Shown here: in pieces, positions 59,709 to 64,000 of the stretch | Layout: each line of letters begins with the position of its first letter | Position numbering within the stretch: position 1 is the stretch's first letter | NCBI GenBank assembly: GCA_050014195.1 | Contig: JBEKDT010000004.1 | Coordinates: 1 to 64,000 of the forward strand | DNA: 64,000 nucleotides | Direction: 5' to 3' | Source of the DNA: Desulfomonilia bacterium | Lineage (GTDB): Bacteria > Desulfobacterota > Desulfomonilia > UBA1062 | Notes under the pieces: model-generated | Databases searched by the model: none | The model's input: only the letters and a program-made list of their open reading frames with translations | Told to the model about the DNA's origin: nothing | Translations under genes and position numbers: made by a program

Positions 59709-60024
59709 GATTTTTATTTCGATCCTTTTTTTGTGATCAGGGAATAAAGGGGACGTTTCTCTTTTATCTATAAAAAAATGGAAGCGTCCCCTTTTCCTTC
59801 CGCTTCTTGATATCCCTGGATTTCTTCCTGTGTGTTGCTTTTGCCCGAAGGGATTCCTATATAGTTGTCAAAAGCAAAAGAGGGATTGATGAAACGGAAA
59901 GCATCAGGAACCGGGATGAATGGGGTAGCGGACAGTCTTGGAGCCATCATATTTCACAAGCATGTCCCCATGCTTTCCGTTGGGTCATAGGAGGCGGCTC
60001 CATCAGCCTGAAAGGAGAACGAAA

Positions 60025-60312
60025 ATGGCATATGGTATCGTACATTACTTTCCGGGCGGCACGAAGGAGCAGTACGAGGCGTCAATTGCAGCGGTGCATC
60101 CCGGCAGAGATAAACTGCCGAAAGGCCAGATCTTCCACGCGGCCGGCCCATCGGCTGGAGGCTGGACGATTGTGGCGGTACATGAATCCAAGGCGAGTTG
60201 GGAGGAGTTCCGCGACGGCATCCTGATGCCCCGGATGAAACAGGGCATCAAAGGAGGCTTCACCACGCCACCCCAGGAAACGCCCTTTGAGGTCCACAAC
60301 CTGAAGCCGTAA
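60025..60312 (+). CDS. Small hypothetical protein (dimeric alpha-beta barrel-like)
   Basis: SD AAGGAG; MAYGIVHYFPGGTKEQYE ... HAAGPSAGGW.IVAVHES..SWEEFRD. Confidence 0.8.
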   Translation: MAYGIVHYFPGGTKEQYEASIAAVHPGRDKLPKGQIFHAAGPSAGGWTIVAVHESKASWEEFRDGILMPRMKQGIKGGFTTPPQETPFEVHNLKP

Positions 60313-60496
60313 CGCTGTTTGGGATCGTTTGCGGCATTCGTTCAGACCGCCGGTACAGTGATCGGCAGAGTGAGAATAATGCTGCAGCGGTGGGTTATAG
60401 GTTAGCATGGATAAATGGGCACAGAGACTATTTATAAGTGATAATTCTTAAAAATGGTCTCTGACCATATTTTCTCGAAGCGGTATGGAGGTTTCC

Positions 60497-60832
60497 ATGA
60501 AGATACTTATTAAGTGGCTTCTGATGACGGCGTCGATCATGATCACTGCCTATCTGCTGCCCGGTGTTTCGGTCCAGAGCTTCGGGACAGCACTGGTGAC
60601 GGCCCTGGTGCTCGGGCTCATCAATGCCGTGCTGCGGCCCATCCTGGTTGTGCTGACCTTTCCTCTCACCATTATCACGCTGGGGCTCTTCATCCTTGTC
60701 CTGAACGGTTTGCTCGTGCTCCTGACGAGCGCCATCGTGACCGGGTTTTCCGTCATGAATATCTGGTGGGCAATGCTTTTCAGTGTTGTCTTTTCAGTAA
60801 TAAGCTTTGTGTTACATCAGATCTTCACCTGA
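60497..60832 (+). CDS. Phage holin family / YvlD-like 4-TM membrane protein
   Basis: LLPGV, ALVLGLINAVLRPIL..LTFPLTIITLGLF.LVLNG. Confidence 0.88.
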   Translation: MKILIKWLLMTASIMITAYLLPGVSVQSFGTALVTALVLGLINAVLRPILVVLTFPLTIITLGLFILVLNGLLVLLTSAIVTGFSVMNIWWAMLFSVVFSVISFVLHQIFT

Positions 60833-60951
60833 TAGCCTATGAAGAGGGACGCCATAAAGAAATCTGTCGCCTTTTTCCTACCTGACCCCATTTTTCGGAA
60901 TGGTTTACAACTATCGGGGATAGACGGGTTTTACCGATAAGAAAAGAACTG

Positions 60952-61197
60952 ATGGAAGAGGACCTCAAAAAGAAGATCGAAGAAATAACAGCCAGAATGG
61001 ACTGTCCCAAAGGATTCAAATGCGCAAAAGGTGGTTTTGAACGTCTCTGCAAGACAAGTAATCATTTTGGTCTCGAAAACCATTTTGACTGTCTTGAGGA
61101 AAAGCCCATGCAGTGTCCCTTTGCATTTCTATTTGGGTTAAAGTACCTATGTCAATGCCCACTCAGGGTGTATCTCGCAAAGAATTTAAAAAAGTAG
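60952..61197 (+). CDS. Cys-rich small hypothetical protein
   Basis: CPKGFKC...LCK...CLE...CPF...CQCPLRVY, 7 Cys in 81 aa. Confidence 0.75.
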   Translation: MEEDLKKKIEEITARMDCPKGFKCAKGGFERLCKTSNHFGLENHFDCLEEKPMQCPFAFLFGLKYLCQCPLRVYLAKNLKK

Positions 61198-61372
61198 GGC
61201 AGCTACGATTCTTAAGAAATAGATTGACTTAGAAAATGGTCTCTGACCCCATTTCTTCCAACTTGTTCCCTGAGGCAAGGAGAGGTAATATCTCACCGAT
61301 GAATTGATTGAAACGGCTGGGGCTTCACCTTACCGGGCTTGCCCGCCGCACTGCATTTAAAAGGACGAGACC

Positions 61373-62422
61373 ATGTTTAAGACAAGAATGACAGAGATGT
61401 TTGGGATTAAGCATCCGATCATGCTCGCCGGGATGAATTGGATAACGGAACCGAAACTGGTGTCAGCGGTATGCAATGCCGGCGGTCTGGGCATTCTGGC
61501 CATTGCGCGCTGCACCCCGAAAGAGGCGAGGGAACTGATCCGCCGGATCAGGGACATGACGGACAAACCCTTCGGGATAAACCAGATCCTCATCGGGCCG
61601 GGGGCCAGGGAGAATCTCGAGGCGGCCATCGACGAGAAAGTCCCCATAATCAACTACTCCCTGGGCAAGCCATGGTTTGTCGAAGCGGTTCACGCCTACG
61701 GGGGCAAGGTCATCGGCACCATCGCCATCGCAAAGCACGCTGCAAAGGCCGTGCAGGTTGGGTGCGACGCCCTGGTCGTCACCGGGCACGAGGCAGCGGG
61801 CCATGGCGCTGCAGCCACATCGATGGTCCTCATCCCCATAGTGGCGAGTATGGTCAAGGTCCCGCTGATCGCGGCCGGAGGATTCTACGACGGCCGAGGC
61901 CTTGCTGCGGCTCTGTCCCTGGGCGCGGACGGCATCTCCATGGGAAGCCGTTTCATGGTGGTCAGGGAAAGCATGGTTCATGACAACTTCAAGCGCCTGT
62001 GCATCGAGGCGACCGAGCAGGATACCCTCTATGACACGGTTTTCGACGGGCTTGAAGGTCGCGTGCTGAAGACGACGGAGGCCCTGGCCATGACCAAACG
62101 TGGTTTCCCTGTGGTGGAGGCCTTCAAGAGCGCTCTCCTGGTGAAGAAGCTTATGAACCTGTCATGGCCGAAGTTCGCTGCCATCACCCTGGAAATGCTC
62201 AGGGCCGAAGAGGGGCACCCCCTCATGGTGCTGGCCCGCCAGGCCGTGGGGAACATGAAGCACCTCAAGGCCATCAACGAGGGCGATGTGGAGGGTGGCA
62301 TCCTCTTTGCCGGCCAGTGCTGCGGCGGCATTATGGACAACCCCACAGCCGGGGAACTGATCAACCGCATCATCGTCGAAGCGGAGGCAGTATTGTCAAA
62401 GCTGAACAGCCTGAAAGCATGA
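61373..62422 (+). CDS. Nitronate monooxygenase / FabK-like flavoprotein
   Basis: HPIMLAGM, AVCNAGGLG, TDKPFGIN, GHEAAGH, IAAGG, GADGISMGSRF, FAGQ. Confidence 0.9.
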   Translation: MFKTRMTEMFGIKHPIMLAGMNWITEPKLVSAVCNAGGLGILAIARCTPKEARELIRRIRDMTDKPFGINQILIGPGARENLEAAIDEKVPIINYSLGKPWFVEAVHAYGGKVIGTIAIAKHAAKAVQVGCDALVVTGHEAAGHGAAATSMVLIPIVASMVKVPLIAAGGFYDGRGLAAALSLGADGISMGSRFMVVRESMVHDNFKRLCIEATEQDTLYDTVFDGLEGRVLKTTEALAMTKRGFPVVEAFKSALLVKKLMNLSWPKFAAITLEMLRAEEGHPLMVLARQAVGNMKHLKAINEGDVEGGILFAGQCCGGIMDNPTAGELINRIIVEAEAVLSKLNSLKA

Positions 62423-62678
62423 TCTTGTCGAATGCTAAAAACGAGGTCACACTGGATTACAGCTGGAAGAATGCAAACACAATGGCGCCATTGAACCTCA
62501 AAAAAGCCCAACTCATGGGAACGTGAGGATTATAGACCATTTATGAGAGATTATTCAGATAAAAAAATTGATAGAGGCAATGGTCTCCGACCCCATTTTA
62601 TTTCCATATGGTATCCCCGGATTTTCACCCCTAAATAATTCTCAATTCAAGGCCTGACCCCAATCCCCCTTTCTCCTC

Positions 62679-62707
62679 TTGCATCTAAACAGATAATAAG
62701 GTATCCT
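62679..62707 (+). promoter_or_regulatory. Sigma70 promoter of the TA operon with overlapping palindrome
   Basis: TTGCAT-17 nt-TATCCT; AAGG-TAT-CCTT palindrome spans the -10 box. Confidence 0.6.
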
Positions 62708-62729
62708 TACTTAAAGGGGGTAAGAAAGT

Positions 62730-62975
62730 ATGCTTGCCAAAAAAACATCGAAAAATCAACTGACACTGCCCAAAGAAATCGCAGATAAATTCCCCGGCGT
62801 TGACCTGTTTGACGCAAAGGTTAATAACAATCAGATAGTGCTGGTGCCGGTCAAGGTCATTCCGATTACCTCTTCCCTGGAAAGCATCCGGGATAAAATG
62901 GAGAAGCTGGGGATTACCGAAGATGATATAGCCGGTGCAGTCAAGTGGGCAAGGAAAAAGAAGAAGAAGATATGA
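62730..62975 (+). CDS. AbrB/MazE-type antitoxin
   Basis: KKTSKNQLTLPKEI ... IVLVP; ATGA overlap with the toxin. Confidence 0.88.
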   Translation: MLAKKTSKNQLTLPKEIADKFPGVDLFDAKVNNNQIVLVPVKVIPITSSLESIRDKMEKLGITEDDIAGAVKWARKKKKKI

Positions 62976-63382
62976 ACCGGGTCGTACTGGATACCAACGT
63001 ACTCGTCTCAGCAATCCTTCTCAAGGGGCACCTTGCAAAGTTCGTTGATCTCTGGAAGGAAGGTTCCATTTCACCTGCCGTCTCCAAGGAAACCTTTACT
63101 GAGTTGAGAAAAGTGCTCAGCTACCCCAAGTTTGGCCTAAAAGATGACGACATCAAAACCATTATCGAAAAGGAAATACTTCCATTCTTTGAGGTCGTCG
63201 ACATCAAAGAAAAAATTCATGCCGTATGCCGTGATCCCGATGATGACATGTTCATCTCAGTTGCATTCTATGCCAAGGCATCCCACATCGTCACCGGCGA
63301 CAAGGACTTGCTTGATCTGAAGAAATATAAATCGATAAAAATCGTATCTCCGCAGGAATACCTGGCGCTCCTTCAGAAATAG
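62972..63382 (+). CDS. PIN-domain toxin (VapC-like)
   Basis: VVLDTNVLVSA, ELRKVL.YPKF, CRDPDDD, IVTGDKDLL. Confidence 0.92.
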   Translation: MNRVVLDTNVLVSAILLKGHLAKFVDLWKEGSISPAVSKETFTELRKVLSYPKFGLKDDDIKTIIEKEILPFFEVVDIKEKIHAVCRDPDDDMFISVAFYAKASHIVTGDKDLLDLKKYKSIKIVSPQEYLALLQK

Positions 63383-63452
63383 ATTGACTCAATAAAATGG
63401 TCTCTGACCCCGTTTCCCCAGCTTGGTCCCACCCCATTCCTGCTGCACCTTT

Positions 63453-64000
63453 TCATTTTTTGAACAGGTGAATGACACAGACGCCGCCCGCGCCGACCAT
63501 ATGGGCCAAGGCATAATTGACAGGCTTCAAGATCTGCCGTTTGCCGCACTGACGGCGCATCTGCCAGAGGATCTCGGCCACCTGGCCGACACCCGTGGGT
63601 CCGACGGGATGCCCCATGGAAATCAGACCGCCGCTCGTATTGATGGGATGCTTCCCGGTAATGGCCGTCACGCCATCCTGAACCAGCTTCCCTCCCTGCC
63701 CCATTTCACATAAGCCAAGCGATTCCAGATAGATTATCTCTTCGATCGTGAAGGCGTCGTGCAGTTCGATGAGATCCAGGTCTTCCGGACCGATGCCGGC
63801 CTTTTTATAGGCTTCCTGGGAGGCCAGCCTGGTCAGGGTGATAAAGAAATCGCCATCTTCCGGCGTACTTTTATTAACAGACGCCACGACAGTCGGACAC
63901 AGTTTGTCGGTATATTTTTTTGCTGTTTCCCTTGCGCAGACGATGACCGCTGCAGCCCCATCATCCATTGGGCAGCAGTGCAGCACCGTCAGGGGATCTA
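63453..64000 (-). CDS. Thiolase family protein, C-terminal part (5' end outside the window)
   Basis: DGAAAVI, ELHDAF, INTSGGL...GHPVGPTG, HMVGAGG. Confidence 0.9.
   Translation of the reverse strand, partial: DPLTVLHCCPMDDGAAAVIVCARETAKKYTDKLCPTVVASVNKSTPEDGDFFITLTRLASQEAYKKAGIGPEDLDLIELHDAFTIEEIIYLESLGLCEMGQGGKLVQDGVTAITGKHPINTSGGLISMGHPVGPTGVGQVAEILWQMRRQCGKRQILKPVNYALAHMVGAGGVCVIHLFKK

Larger units (their letters stand above)
50551..63415 (+). repeat. Family of short intergenic YGWCCCC-core repeats delimiting gene modules
   Basis: Copies at 50551, 52785, 52829-52884, 53433-53472, 53483-53502, 55544-55604, 57092, 57141-57192, 57785-57824, 59746-59794, 60413-60472, 60843-60895, 61216-61254, 62534-62598, 62607, 62647 and 63376-63415. 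Confidence 0.8.

Noticed and set aside
59935-60010. Fluoride-riboswitch-like pattern on the minus strand (GGCTGATGGAGCCGCC...TGATGGCTCC)
   Set aside because: The linker is longer than usual, and that strand leads to no gene (it faces the fadD 3' end).
60305-60406. Possible attC after the barrel gene (CCGTAAC ... GTTATAG/GTTAGC)
   Set aside because: The stop overlaps TAAC as in integron cassettes, but the R boxes do not fit RYYYAAC/GTTRRRY well and the L-box pairing is poor; it would need IntegronFinder to rescue.
60497-60832. Holin-family gene as evidence of a prophage
   Set aside because: YvlD-like proteins are common in non-phage contexts, and there are no phage structural, lysis or integrase genes nearby.
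50551-63415. The repeats as simple intrinsic terminators, attC sites, dif sites or CRISPR repeats
   Set aside because: Some paired copies could terminate transcription, but many are single arms with shared primary sequence and are stacked. They lack attC R-boxes and the 11-6-11 dif layout, and are separated by whole genes rather than 30-40-nt spacers.

Overview
Chromosomal window from an anaerobic bacterium. Gene content and order suggest a deltaproteobacterium (Desulfobacterota-like); this is inference only. Bases 1-48 kb are mostly housekeeping and metabolic genes: a repeat-rich beta-propeller lipoprotein missed by the ORF track, an iorAB-paaK-ACT-livKHMFG-paaK' operon, a second FrhB-like/iorAB operon, dprA-topA-trmFO, csp, pepD, two serA types, purA, yebC-ruvCAB, and BaeSR with a MacAB-TolC-type exporter. 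Bases 48-64 kb are a mosaic accessory region. Two observations stand out. (1) A complete classical Tyr/Phe leader-peptide attenuator (MFEKTATLPYYYGFYFRRGGCP plus protector, antiterminator and terminator helices) lies in front of the ior-paaK-liv operon. This implies the operon makes aromatic amino acids from imported arylacetates rather than degrading them; its last gene is an apparently catalytically dead PaaK paralog. (2) From about 50.5 to 63.4 kb almost every intergenic region carries a member of one family of short polar repeats (core YGWCCCC, e.g. AAATGGTCTCTGACCCCATTT). These repeats delimit 1-2-gene modules, and the region also contains duplicated modules and truncated gene stubs. It looks like an integron-like cassette array built on non-attC sites, with no recombinase in the window. 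No rRNA, tRNA or CRISPR array was recognised. All family assignments come from motif recognition by eye, not database searches.
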